From Tubiluchus corallicola (Eukaryota > Animalia > Priapulida): a stretch of DNA of 64,000 bases. The DNA is taken from positions 496,001-560,000 of the forward strand of contig JAQGDQ010000104.1 of assembly GCA_030141605.1 (NCBI GenBank). The letters run 5' to 3'. A model generated the notes under the pieces. That model had not been told where the DNA came from and made no database searches. It saw only the letters and a program-made list of their open reading frames with translations. Shown in pieces: positions 1 through 13,539 of this stretch; positions within the stretch are counted from its first letter, which is position 1; each line of letters starts with the position of its first letter. A program made the position numbers and the translations under genes.

Positions 1-371
1 TGTTTAGACTCTTATATTGTTTCCTTTGTAAGTCACCAGAAATGCAAAACAGTTCAATGCTTTTGATTTAAAATATGCTGGTGCGTTTTCTAGTCCATAT
101 TTGCTGTACACCATTTCAGAACTTACAAGCAAAAATGTAATTTGCTACTACATATATTATTACAACCACGTTTTGCTTTCGACCACTTCGCTTTGGCTGG
201 CTGCTAGCAACAGGTGCCTGCTACAAGTTCAGATCTGCTCTTCTGCTAATGCTGTGCTCACTGCACCGATTGTGACCAAAGAGTTAAATTCTGTGTTGTT
301 TTAACTCTGTGGAGTTAAAATACAGTACATTCTACAGCTTGAATTATTTCTCACAGTTTTTATCGGCGGAC

Positions 372-485
372 GGTCAAGCTTGTGCTAAATAATAATGATT
401 CAGGTTATCGCACTACAGGTCCACTTTGACGATACACATATCATCACAAAATATATCGTGATCCATCGATGTATCATTACAGGCC
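372..485. repeat. Short dispersed repeat (MITE-like); second copy at ~1873-1990
   Basis: Both copies begin gtcaagcttgtgctaaataa and share cactttga.gatac..tatcatcacaaaa.atatc.tgat..tcgatg.atcat; both lie in RECQL introns. Confidence 0.65.
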
Positions 486-674
486 TTTTAAGACATTAGT
501 ATGAAAATGTGAAGGCTAACAAATGGAAAGAATCTCATTTTTCAGCCCCCTTTCCAGCCGAACTTCCGTCACAGCGCCATTTCAGTTTAACGTAATAACT
601 CCTACTATTTCATTCAAACTTCATCAAAAGTCGAACAAGCAGGACGTGATAAGACTAATTAAATTATTTTTCAG

Positions 675-3600
675 GTCGAGACGACGAGAATTCCGACTGC
701 ATCTTATTTTACAGGTTTCCCGATGTGTTCCGACAGAGTACCATGGTATTTACGGAGAACATGGGGCTGACTAATCTGTACAATATGGTGGACTATTGTG
801 AAAACCCTGCCAAGTATGAAAGCATTTGTCTAACAACAATTAATTTATGCAAACATCTCATTCACTTGAAATTTTTTTGCCACCAGTTTTACCTATTTGA
901 GTACAATTCTGTTGCCACGGCTTATAACTTACAATAAAATTTAAGTAACACTTTGCTTCTGGTAAACGAACCTATTCTCAGAAACTTAAATGCCACACCT
1001 GTGCAGTAAGAAATTGCTAGCCTACATATCGAACAGCACTTTGCGAGCAGGTCACTGAAAGGTTTAACGGCAGACCTAAGAACTTGTTTACAACAGAGCA
1101 CCCATTGTTTGACTTACAATATTCATGCGAGGCCAGCAATGCGCTTCTACGCAGTCTTTAAATTACATAATCTTGTTGGTTGGTAATTGTCGGAAAATCC
1201 GCTCTGAACTACCTGGCTTCATTGGCTGCCTTAGTATATTTAGATTATATGTTTAAACAGTATCTTCATGCATGTGTAACCATGTGTTTGGTTTAAGACA
1301 TGTTAACCTTGCCCATAAAAGAGAAGTGTGACCTCTTATTGGTAACTACTTTTATCAGCAGGTACCACAAAAAGGTAGTTCATTTTTTCCATTTAAATAT
1401 ACAGTCAACCTCGGGTATAAGGTACTCGCTTATTAGGGACATTCGCTTTTAAGGGACCACCAACACCGGTCCCGATTGTTCGTAACGTATTTCCTTGTAA
1501 AAATCTTCGCATATAAAGTACTTGGATATAAGGGACTTTCGGTTATAAGTGACGATATATTCAGGTCCCGCGTAATAGAAACTCAGGTAAATTACCTTGT
1601 ATATACGGGACCCTACGATCAAATATTTTTTATGACCTCTAAAGCCTATGGCAGCAAGTTATAATGCAAATAAAAGCAAATCAAAAAACATGTCATCCAT
1701 TATTTATTTTGTTCTAGTTTGAATAGAATTGTTGTAATTCTTGTCACCGATTCTTGTTTTTGTTTTCAATCAGGTGTAGACGCTCTTTGATTGCCAGGTA
1801 TTTTGGTGAGTCCTGGGATGAGGACCTGTGTAGGAAAATGTGTGATCACTGTCGTAATGCAGGTAAAATCCAGTCAAGCTTGTGCTAAATAACAATTATT
1901 CAAATTATCACAATACTGGTGCACTTTGATGATACAAGTATCATCACAAAAGATATCATGATGCTTCGATGCATCATGCTTGGCACAAATATAACAAGTT
2001 ACTTGTGCACGACATGCGCGAAATACAAGTCCAACAGTCTTTTAGATGTAATTTATGATTTTTTATTGTCTCACTCCAAACTCACTATCACATCATGGCA
2101 TACTTGACTGACTGACTGACTGACTGACATGTGCGACTCGACTTCGTTTTATCAGAAGCAAATAAATACAGTTTCTGCTAATCCAATGTCAAAAAATAAG
2201 CAATTGCTATAATGAAAATGTATAATAACATTATGAAATATGAAGAAATCAAACCTACATCTTTGCCGCATCTTACTAACTTGCTAAAGAGAACTGACCT
2301 CGACTGAAACGACGTACTGAACAAAATTGACTCCTTTCCTATCCAGTCTCCAAAATGAGGCCAATGGCCTATTTCCTGTCCTAGCTCGCCTGTCGATCAA
2401 CAGCTTAATTTTGCAAAAACAATCACAAGGAGGCACTACGTACTTATAGCCAAAATATTACTTAATATTGTAGTAAATGCAAAGCAAATGGACATCACAA
2501 CGTACTGTCGCAATCTATACACCATTCTAGACTGGGTAGCTAGCATTGAGCTAAGAGTCACAGCAACCAAGCTGTTGGATATCTGGCTCAGGAAAGCTCC
2601 AAAGAAGGAAAGGGTGGAAAGTGTTCCAATTCCTAAATTTTCCAGGTGGGCACATTTGATATATGTATTGATGTTTTGTATAAAGTATAGTTCATATTTA
2701 ATATGACAAAACAATAGTTGTCATAAACAAACAACAAACGACACAACAAACAACAAAAGCGACAGCATTCCAAATGAGGCGGAATGCCAAAGAACTATCT
2801 GGAATGCGCACCTCCATATAGTCTAATGAAGTGTTGCCTCCTCCACAAATGCTTAGCGAATGTGTTAAACCATTTAGCATGTACCGACCATCAGTTTACA
2901 TCGCCCACTGTAACTCACACTAACCATTAGCAATATATCTCGTAACTAATTCCTGTGGCCTAGCATAAACTAGCTTCTTAGGTCTCTAGCACAGAATTCA
3001 TGAATTGTATCACAATTTTGTATTAACAAAAACTGATTATCGATTCACGTGTAATGCATATGTATATCTTTATTGCGAAACAAATCTATTAAATTGAAAT
3101 TGATCAGGAAAATATAATTATTATGTGATTCTATTTATTTTCATGTACAAAAGGGAAGACAGTGTTAGTTCTACTAACCTATCCTACTCACTCATCCCTT
3201 TAGCAGTTCTCTAACCACTAATATTTGCAGTTCACTGAGTATCGAACATTTTTTTAATACAGCAAAACTCCACAAACTTTAAATTTAAAATTAAAATTTC
3301 AAGTTTAGCACTGTTCTTATGCAGATCTCAAATGTGTGCACTATGTCATAACTGAACACCTCTGAAATGAGAGGTACAGTGCCTATTTCATTTCTAAGAT
3401 GCAGGTACTGGTTCCCATCTAACTATAGTGAATGGCCAAATGCATGTAACAGTGAAGAATTAACTGTGCGATCATGAAATTACCTTTCTGTGGTAATAAT
3501 TCTTTCGCATAAGTTACGCTTGAAAAAAATGTACATTCCCTTTCAATGTTTTATAGGGTAGATTGTTTTGAAGGATAGTTTAAGATTGTGTATGGCTTCG

Positions 3601-6348
3601 CTAAAGCATTAATCGTTGCACCAATGATTAAAGAATGTGTTTTGTGCAGGAAAATGTGCGGTCACGTTATCTTTCACTTACTCAAGACGGACTACCTCAG
3701 GGAAGATTTTCACTTCACCCCGTACAGCACAATTAGTTACATTCTACCAGGTAAATCCAGGAAGTTGCATTTTGGGAAAACTTCTAATTGATGCAGCATT
3801 AGTAAAATTCCTCTTCTTCTAAATAGAATTTTATCACAAGACGTAATTAGCATTCAGGCAGATGATCAGAAATCATTATCAGCCATCATAAATTGAATTA
3901 TTAACTGCGTCAAAAGAATACGAGCACAAAAGCGGTATTGGTACCACTGAACATCACAGTTAAAACTAATTTATGCTATGCGCTCCAAATCCTAATTTTC
4001 AGCAACAAGGCGATATTGTAGCCATATTTGCAGCAATGTAAGTATTCTTTTTTAAGCAAGCTGGATTTTACGATTTACTGCTCCTTTAAGTTGAATTCTT
4101 CCATTTGCATTCTGATTTTGAATTGGTTAGGATTATATCCAGATCAAAGCAGTGTATTGATTTTTTGATGTTAAAGCATTCTGCGCTGTTGATGTTGATC
4201 TTACTACTGAAGTTTTTGTAGTATTGTTATCGATGATATTGATGATGACGATGACAATTTTGATGACGAAAATGCTGCTGCTGTTGCTAGTGCTACTGAC
4301 GTCGGTTACGATCATGATTACGTGGTGATAATGATGGTGGCGATTTTGATGATGAAAATGCTACTGATGTTGGTTATGATAACAGTTGCTACTTTGATGG
4401 TGATGATGATGCTGATTGTGGCGATGACAGTTAAGATGATGACAAAGACATCCTAGATGAATTCGACGGTGATTGTGGTGATTTTAGCACTGAGTTCTTT
4501 TTAGGTTCAAATGCTGCTGAAATTAACCAAGATGATGAAAGTGGAAGAATTTTCTTGGACGTTCCAGGTGAAAAAATAGCAGGTTTGTTTTCTTATGTTA
4601 TTCACGGTACCCAAACTGCCTGGTATTCATTTTGCATTAGGGGAAATAAGATCAGCTCTTTAATGGATAAGTTGCACATCAGGACTGGACCCCCCTCTAA
4701 AGAGTTTGCTTAACTATGGGCGCTGTCAGGCGGATGCACTGACTCACATGCGTCCACAGAATTTCTTAAGAAAAAAATGTTTATGGCGAAATGAAGTTTT
4801 TTAGCAGTAAAACCAAGAAACGCATATCAACCCCTTGTTTGTTTGCGCAATCCCTAAGCAGTCAGCTGATTTGCATAGTGAAGTTATGTTTATCTATATC
4901 AGTTACATAGTGTTGATTCTCCCATTGATGTCCGTTGTCTAGACAGCTTTTAGCTAACTGTAACTGCATTTCTGCATTTAGGGGGTGGGACCTGGGGCCC
5001 CCTTCCATGGTAGTAGTGAAACTATGAGTCGTGAGTTTGAGGTGAACTTGCCTGTGGAAATAGCTTCTAGAAACTGCACAATAGTCTAAAATGCAGTAAA
5101 ATTGCATTTACCTGTGTCCAGCTAGTGTCTAATTTAGCACTTAGCAATTAGTGGGAAAAATTAGAACGCCACAAACTTATTAAATTTAGTATTAACAGTG
5201 GGTGAGCTATAAACTTAACAGTCTCAGATCAGTTTTATGTTTGACTATCCACATTTTGCTGGATAGATAATCTTAACACTAAATAAATTAAGCGTAAGTG
5301 TAATGGGTCATCCGCATTGCATTGTATTACGAACTTGCTTAAGATATATGACTACTACAATAGAATACAGTGAATATTACCTCAGTAAATGTTGGTAAAA
5401 TACATTTATTAAAGCAGAATTTTTCACGTTTGAGAAAGTCTTTATACCAGAATTTAGATCTCAAATTGTGCTTAAATACAGGAAAATGCGTTGGTGGCCG
5501 GGGCTCCGCCCCAGACCCTGCTGGAGGAGCTTACGGTGCTCTTCCAGACCCCCTACCTGCTTATGCGTCAAATTTTTTAACCTCTGGTGGCACCCATGTA
5601 CTTAACTAATAGTATTACTTAGCAAAGGTCTGTAAGATTGTAAGACCTTGATCTCGTCTGTGATGAGAAACTGTATTTATCTCAACAAACAAGGAAACAA
5701 TAAGAATCTCGACAAACAATAAACAGACTGAAAACGAGGTGTCAATACAGTAAACAAAAATGTTCGCTGCTTTGTTTGTCTGGCACAGTTGCATAACCAA
5801 GTTACAAACTTTTTCTCTGTGTGGCATTTACCTCTTGTTGAGGTTTATTTTTTGCTCTTTTGAATTTGTTTCTCTTTCTCTTTCTTTTTCTCTTTCTTTC
5901 TCTTTTTTTGCATCCCGAGTCTCCTACCTTTTAACACTTTTTTCCTATTTTTTCAGATTATCAAACACCCAAATCTACTGAAAATAAAGGTATAAAACGC
6001 TTTGCATCGAACGAATCTGAAATGAATGCAAAAGTGGCAAAAAAGAATTTGTCCAAAGATGAGAACAATGACTTTGTGTGCATGGAACGGGCCAAGAAAA
6101 TCAAAAACTGCCACATAGTTCTGTCACAAAAACTTGCCAACGATAACGGCGAGGCGGCGAACGCACCAATAAAAGGGTGTAAATCCGAAAAACTATCGCC
6201 GCCGTCACCGACAAATTCTCACGGAAGCGGCGATCGACTAACGTTGACGGCTGCTAAAGGTGTTAAGACTAAACAAAACTGGTCCAGGATAATAGTCCTT
6301 GATAGTGATTCTGATGATTCTTGCAAGGATTTTCAAACACAGTCATGA
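675..6348 (+). CDS. RECQL: ATP-dependent DNA helicase Q1 (RECQ1), 3' part; 5' exons lie upstream of the window
   Basis: Phase-consistent GT-AG exons 675-813, 1774-1862, 2474-2645, 3650-3750, 4505-4582, 5957-6348 (TGA). Translation GRDDENSDCILFY..YNMVDYCENPAKCRRSLIARYFGESWDEDLCRKMCDHC (RQC Zn-binding) ..YLREDFHFTPYSTISYI (winged-helix beta-hairpin) matches RECQ1. The last two exons are less certain; an alternative donor exists after 4567. Confidence 0.93.
1402..1650. mobile_element. Truncated Tc1/mariner-pogo-type MITE
   Basis: Starts TA+CAGTCAACCTCG with repeated tataagg(g)ac subterminal motifs; end resembles the element at 28702. No right TIR found. Confidence 0.5.
4715..5598. mobile_element. 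hAT-like non-autonomous element with 8-bp target site duplication
   Basis: Ends tatgggcgctgtcagg / cctctggtggcacccatg are imperfect TIRs. Flanks tgcttaac (4707-4714) and tacttaac (5599-5606) match at 7/8. Contains the widespread ggctccgccccagaccc..ggagcttac motif. Confidence 0.7.
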
Positions 6349-7117
6349 TATTAGTACAATATTTAATTCAATTTAATAGATAAATTGTTATAAATTAATT
6401 TCACTTTTCTGTACAGAAGTACTGATGCAAGAAGATAACATACAAAATAATTCGATATACATACAGGTATGTGGTGGTGTCGGTTGCAGGTATAACCGTG
6501 GTGTGTTCAGACCTCTTGTAACAGCAAAATGTCTGAGAAAACGACCCGTGTAGTACATCAATGCATATTCGTGAGTTCCACATTATGTGGCTGTTTGGGA
6601 AACCAGGAACGTTTCTTTAACAGGAAAGACTGTCATCAAATAGCTTGAATTATGACAGAGGTGAATTAACTTAGAATTGCAGACGTTTTCATGTTGAAGG
6701 TGAAGATGTGTTAGTGGTTTGGTGTATATTTCTTATTGTTTAAAATAAATACCATCGAAATGTCTAAGCAAGCAGTTTGTATAATTATTACAGATAACAA
6801 TAGAACACTGACATCATTCGTAGTTCAGTAAAAATATAAGCTGTTAATTGAGGAAATGGAGGAATACGGTTCAGCTTTCAACGAAACTCCTGGTACTATG
6901 TTCGTTTTCAAAAACCCTGGTCAATCGTTTGGTAAATAACCTGTTGGTATTATGAAATTCACTTGATGATGTACACTGTATCAAAAAGTTTAAGAAACCA
7001 CCTCTATTTTGATCAAGTGCTTCTAATATGTTGGTTAGACTGGTTCAGTGTCATATTTCACATTTGATTCCAACGTAGGTCATATAAATCTGATCTCGGG
7101 GTTTTTATAGTCTGTTC

Positions 7118-10100
7118 TTATTCTGCTTGTGCGCACAGTTTCTCAGTCATCGTGTTGAAGACGCCGGTCAACAGTTTCTGGAAGTGTTCACAAGATGGAG
7201 CCACCAGGCTGCGAAGAATGCTCGACACTGCGTCCGAAAACACACTGGAACAAAAGTAAAAATCTTTGTACTGTAAAGCATTTGCTACTGTTGTCTCTAT
7301 TTGTGTGAAAAAGTATTTTTTATATAGATTTACACTCAGCAACAGCAAGTCGGAATTTGCCACTTAGTGACAGGGACTATTTAAGATACATCATTTGTGG
7401 TATGGCCTGAACCTGATAGGGCATCTTAGCCTCGTTTCCATGTATGTACCACGTCTCGAAGAGAGAAATGGTGGTGGTAGCATGCTGGAACTGTTCAGAA
7501 AATGTTTTCCAGCAGGGCCACAGTTAAGTTGTTAAGACAACTCAGTGACAAAAGACAGTTATGTAAAAAATAAACCTATTTCTATTTGATAAGTTAATTT
7601 TTTTTGCTTTTGCTGATGTTTTAAGGAAAATGTTCTTTTATTGCTCAAAAACATAAAGACATTAAAAATATAATACATTGCTCATAACTTAAAAACATTA
7701 AAGATATAAGACATTGCTCAAAAACATAAAAACATTAAAGATATAAAACCATTAAAGATATAAGACATTGCTCAAACATTAAAGATATAAGACATTGCGC
7801 AAAAAAAAATTAAAGCATTAAAGATATAAGACATTGCTTAAAAACAAAAACATTAAAGATATAAGACATTGCTTAAAACATAAAGACGTTAAAGATATAA
7901 GGCATGGCTCAAAACATAGAAACATTAAAGATATAAGATATGGCTCAAAATATAAAAACATTAAAGAATAAGACATTGCTCAAAACGTAGGAACAATAAA
8001 GATATAAGACATTGCTCAAAAAAAGAAACTTTAAAGATATAAGACATTATCTACTATATTTGAAAATACTTCCTAACTAGTTAATTTTTTTATCAATGTG
8101 AGTCTGTTAACTGTTAATGATTGGAGTTTATCGACTAGTAACAAAATCTAAACATTTGATTTAAACGTGATTAATAATCACACATATCTCTATAAACACC
8201 TCCAGATTATAGCTTAACAGATGTGCAACACAACGTTCCTAATAACCGTTGTAAATTATAGTTTGTAAATATTCCTTGTAAATTATTATAACTTAGGAAA
8301 CTCCATGCTGATTTGCAGCAATTTCGATGAAATCGATGGAATAATAATTAAAATGGCTTTTAAAAAGTGCATTAAACAAAAATGGTAAGAAATAGCTTTG
8401 AAATTAACCGGAAGATGTATTGTAAATCTGAGTGTTTGTGGCCATACCGATATAGAAATAATAGTAATAAATGTAATCAGAATTAATTATTTTTACCTTG
8501 GTCTTAGTTTAAACATATTTTTATTGAAAGTATGGCTTGAACAGACAAAATATCTTGACCAGATATCTTGATCAAATAACAGATATCTTGATTTTCATGA
8601 CTATCTTGAATTTTTCATCTTTCACCATTTTTCCAATTGTCTGGTTCACGAAGAATTCCTTTACACATTCAATGACATTGCCAAATTTTAAAGTTGTGCA
8701 CATGTTAACAATGTCTCTGTTATAATCGCTGGTCTGCTTACCTGCAAGAGGTCGTAGATAAAGGCTGGCCATTATTAAACCACTTGACAGCTATAAGCGT
8801 TGTTAGTTCATACTGGAGTCTCGCCATAGCAATTGACGTCACTGGTCCCTGAAACATTGAACGTAGATCGAAGTTTGCAGAAAGAATGGTGGACATAGGA
8901 TTGCTGACCCTGAATGTCTTTGTAATGCACTGGGAAGTATCTTTCCCTGAAAAACGAAATTGTTAGTAACTGTTGAGCACTGAGCTAATTAGTTATACTA
9001 GCAGATGGAGACTGTAGTTTCAATACAGTAGCAGGAAACAATGAAATAACACAAATTTAATTTTTACAAGTATGTCTTTATTAAACAGCATAGTTTATAT
9101 GTTGTGTAGCCTAGTGAAATTCGACATATACATACTCATACAATTGTAGTATTACTCATATAGTGTCATTCGAGCAGATATATATAGTATGCAAAAGTAT
9201 ATATATATATTCCAATAATTTAAAATAGTTTGTAGGCATTCTAAGTATAAAGTTCTAAATTTCTAAGTTTAAAGTACTACGTCATTAAACTTTTTTACTA
9301 TATTGCAGTAATTATTTTATTTATTTTTTATTTTTTTTATTTATTATTATTATCACATTCAGTACAATATAATGACATTAAGCACACAGTGACATCAAAA
9401 TTATTACATCATACTGTATTAAATTGTTATGTTTCATACACTATCGTTATCATAAAAGAATAATTGTACTGCAGTGGGCTAGAGAAGCAAAGGCTTGTAT
9501 AAGCCCACTATCATGTGAACCCGATAAAAAAAGAATGAATGAGTGAACAAAAAAAAGAACTGGGAGAAAGGTTAGATCACACAGGATGGGTAGAAGGATG
9601 TGTTAGTGGAAGTGGTAGGAAGAAAGATAATAGATTGCGCTATGTTGACATCAGCTCTAAAGATTTATCAATGATGCTTTGTTTTGAATAATCTGTACCA
9701 GGATTGTGGTATTTCTCTACACTGTACAACTGCAGTATATTAAGAAGTTATTATTATTATTATTATATTAGAATAAGGGCAACATGCACAGGACTAATGG
9801 TCGTATGTTGTCCTTGTATTTGACATTCTTCTGTTGTATCTTGATGTAATTCCAATACTGTCCATGTGTGTAAGACAAGAAATGGTTCTTATTCTTATTC
9901 TTACACATGTTACCCTGCCTGGCATCTAATAAGGGCTTAACAGGCTAATGTAGTTGCCATGGTTGCATCCTAAAGGGATCAATAACAAAACGATCGCCCA
10001 ATCAGTTTTGTCATTGACGGTAAAATACTTTTGGCAAGTTTGGTTGTCTGTTAAATTTCAAAAGTCAATTCAATTCTACAAAACTTAACAAATGATTATC

Positions 10101-13100
10101 ATCATCATCTTGATCAACATTGTCGTTATTAGTATCAGCATTTTTTATAATCATTACTGTAAAATTGCAGCAGATAAATGGTTAATAATGAATATTGTGA
10201 TTGAAGCCACTAATAGAATATCCACTAAAACTAATGCACGGATATTTGATAGGTGTGAACTATGCTTTACCAGCTAAAGTTCACAGTTCCCCACGCACAA
10301 ATAATTAGTTCGTGAAGTGGGTTAGAGTTAGAGCATTGAAATTGTGTGGGAAATTGTAAAATCCTTGCCCTTTACGTTTTCTCAGATTTAGCAAACTAAT
10401 ACTGACATATCTTTTCCAATAACCAAATAACACTTTTTTAAAATCAGGGCTTTCTAAATCAATAGATCAATCAATCAATCAATTTATTTCACTCCAGCAA
10501 TACATATATAATACATCAACATACAATATTATTGAAACAAAAAGAAACAGTATAGGTAAAAAAACGTTGATGAAGTCAAATTAACTAAATAAAAGAGTTG
10601 CTGTATGACACCTTGAAAGCTTGGCTTGTTAAGGTGGCACAAATGAGTGAATGAAAGAATGGTTAAGGTTTGTAGACATGATGGAATGGAAAAAAATAGT
10701 AAGATTAGGGATAGGAAGAAGGAAAAGAAGAGAAGAAACGACTACAGTGTATGTTTAATTTACATAGAGGTATATAAAATAGCATTATAATTGATTAGAG
10801 GCCAAATATTGCGACTGCATGAGACATGGAACCATTAAAATTGTATTATGAGTATGTATTAAAAATGGTCCTTTTCAAGTACTTTTTGAAACTATAAATA
10901 GTTTTGTGTATTTTTACTTGGGTACTTTATTCCAGTTATTGGGGGCTGTGAATTTAATAAAGTGCCTGGCACTATTAGTACGACAGCAAGGGATATGATA
11001 TTCGTTGAACCTTGTAAAGTAATGTTTAGGATTTGCTGTAATACTCGCACCTTTCCAATATGCTAGTTATTTGTTTTATTGATTTTAAATTTTGGAACTT
11101 TTGGGGAATGTGACAGTTTGTGAAGAAGAAGTGAGTAGTGTACATTTATTTTATTCAGCTAATTCAATAAACTTACATCCCTTGGCAGTTGAAATTGCAG
11201 TCCACGACTGCTCGTTTTTGCAGATGCTTTGCAGTAGTTCTGACACCAAACCCACGTAGCGCTTTGCGTCGGATACTGTCGCATTTCCGATCATTGGCAG
11301 GAAAGTTGCAGGCAGAATTTTTTGCAGTGATTGCAGCAGCTGTGCGTTGAGGATAGCGATGGGGAAGATTATTGTGTCATCGCAGTTCTCGGCTTTAGTC
11401 AAATTGTCAATGCATCGTGGTGCAGATTCCGGTAGATCCCTGTATTAAAGGAAAACAGTGTGGGCAAGGAAATAAGGGGGAGAGCTGGTACCGAATTAAA
11501 GTTTGCCCACAATTATTAAGCCTGTTAGCTTTTACAATAAAAAAATCAAACAACACAATCATTAACATGTCATGAAGAATTATATTATAATAACTATACT
11601 AGCAGGTACAATCACAGAATCAAATAACATAATTATTATCAATACTGAAATACCACCATACTAAAACACAGTGGAACAATTAACCTGGCTAGCCCACAGG
11701 TCTAAATGCTCAACGTAGACCTGTCTTACACAGCTTAAATACAGAAAACTAGAACACTATTAATGTAAAAGCCTAAAAGGTCACTGTATTTAAACACTTT
11801 CACTTCCTTATGTTTTAAGTAGTGGACTGAAACATCAAAATCAAATACCTCATTTCTAGTAGTTGACCATTAGCCTGGTTAACTGCTTTTTGGAAGGGCA
11901 GTTTTGCCGTTGTTGTTAAATCTGACATTCTTCTGTGTGGACAACAACTCTTATTTGTTATTGTGCATTTAGACTAGCAAGTTTTCTCTCTGACAGCAAA
12001 CTTGCAAGTGTGAACTGCCTTGTGAGTTACTGTTGACAAGTTAAACTTGCTAATGTGAACTGCCTTGTGAGTTACTGTTGACACGTTAAACTTGCAAGTG
12101 TGAACTGCCTTGTGAGTTACTGTTGACAAGTTAAACTTGCAAGTGTGAACTGCCTTAAGAGTTACTGTTGACAAGTTAAACTTGCAAGTGTGAACTGCCT
12201 AGTGAGTTACTGTTGACAAGTTATTACAAACTGTTCCAATAGTTGCTACGAGTTGATTTCCTGTGAGTTACTGTCTAATGTGAGTGCTTAGGCAACTTAC
12301 TCTCACCACTTCTTGCATCGAGTAAAGAAGTGAGTGTCAGCTAGCACTTACTGTCAGAAAGTAACTCGCAGAAATTTTTGATTTCCAGTCTGAACGCGCT
12401 TGCGAGTGACCACGCCAGTAGTTTTAACCATTAAGCCATTACTTACATACAAATGTTGCCCCATTTACGTTTGAAGAAATTGGCAAAACCTTCGGGTGAT
12501 TTAGTTATGGCCTGGTCGCTCTTGAAGTCCTCGCGCAATGTCGTCCATTGTCCATAGAAGTCACTACACACTTTGTCCATGTTATGAGTTATATCCTTCA
12601 TGAACGTCTGCCACCAATAGTCGCACCTCGTCATGCTGCTAGAATACGAGGTCAGGCAGCAGCAAACTAAAAAAACATGGAAGATATGAAATAAACCGAG
12701 TCTAATCATCATTTATTTGTACTGTAAACTTCGCATAACTCAAATCCAACCGGACCGAAAAAACTTTGTGTTAGGCGATGCTGACCATTTTCATATCCTG
12801 CTCTAGAATCTTATGAACCATTCCTTATTGATCAACAATATGCAGATGATATTGGCTGGACTAGTGTATCAAATTTTCAAACTAACATAATAAAAAAGAA
12901 TTTTCCAAAAAAAACTAGAGAAAAGAAATCTTCAAGTAAACCAGTCAATTGTTATTGGGAAGACTATTGTCGGAAAGAGTCAGGTCTTTTGACAAGGTTA
13001 AATTATCAGATCCAGTTAACGTCTGCGATTGCAAGGGTACAAACTGATAAAAAATACATTGAAGAAAGTGAGACAACCGATACGGACAAACTATAAGCAA

Positions 13101-13230
13101 GTGTATCAGTTTCAACAATGTTAGATAAGCACATAAACCAGAGAAAATTCAGTAATAACCTGAATTGACGCTGTTACATTATATTGCTGTTATTACCTGC
13201 AATAACAGCTTGCAGCAATAATCTCTCCAT
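7118..13230 (-). CDS. Uncharacterised secreted, cysteine-containing protein (~282 aa, 5 coding exons)
   Basis: Exons 13197-13230 (ATG), 12447-12666, 11177-11439, 8742-8946, 7118-7244 (TAA), all GT-AG with matching phases 1,2,1,2 and 849 nt in total. N-terminus MERLLLQAVIAVCCCLTSYSSS looks like a signal peptide. No family recognised. Confidence 0.8.
7640..8050. repeat. Minisatellite (~30-36 bp degenerate unit, aacattaaagatataagacattgctcaaaa)
   Basis: About a dozen tandem copies in the last intron of the orphan gene. Confidence 0.9.
10460..11060 (-). mobile_element. 3' end of an L2/CR1-group non-LTR retrotransposon
   Basis: Minus strand reads YHIPCCRTNSARHFIKFTAPNNWNKVP, typical of an ORF2 C-terminus, then a 3' UTR ending in a (TTGA)n tail at ~10460-10482. 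Confidence 0.65.
11962..12400. mobile_element. Harbinger-like MITE containing a 45-bp tandem repeat (~5 copies, 11985-12225)
   Basis: Ends gtgcatttagact / agtctgaacgcgc are imperfect TIRs. Unit aaacttgcaagtgtgaactgccttgtgagttactgttgacaagtt. Related to the element at 14222. Confidence 0.6.
12790..12945 (+). mobile_element. Reverse transcriptase fragment of a non-LTR retrotransposon
   Basis: Translates IDQQYADDIGWTSVSNFQTNIIKKNFPKK and then, roughly, LEKRNLQVN; contains the YADD catalytic motif; intronic and isolated. Confidence 0.65.
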
Positions 13231-13539
13231 CTACAGTTTAGGTGAACTTCAAACCAAATGAGCTTCTTTATTCTGAAGAAGTGCCAACCTGTAAATTATA
13301 ATTATCCTAGTAAATTATACCAAGATTACAATTTTAAACTGTCTATTTACTGTTTAACTAAGTAGTTAGAGTAAATATGTCTATCATTTGGAAAGCTTTC
13401 AAAGGAGTAAAATAATTTTAACAGCCTCTGAAAATATCATCCCTCTGTAACATATATATATATATATATCACATACATCACATATACATATATCATATAT
13501 GTATCCTCAGCAAAAATGTGTAAGTATATGCCAAACTAT

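Noticed and set aside
4190-4490. Asp-rich-looking (GAT)n-like tract upstream of a RECQL exon
   Set aside because: Degenerate trinucleotide repeat with stops and frameshifts; the exon has its own acceptor at 4503-4504.
8572-8772. ORF suggesting a 25-nt micro-intron after the orphan exon 8742-8946
   Set aside because: A stronger, phase-correct acceptor at 7245 completes the protein; a 25-nt intron is implausible here.
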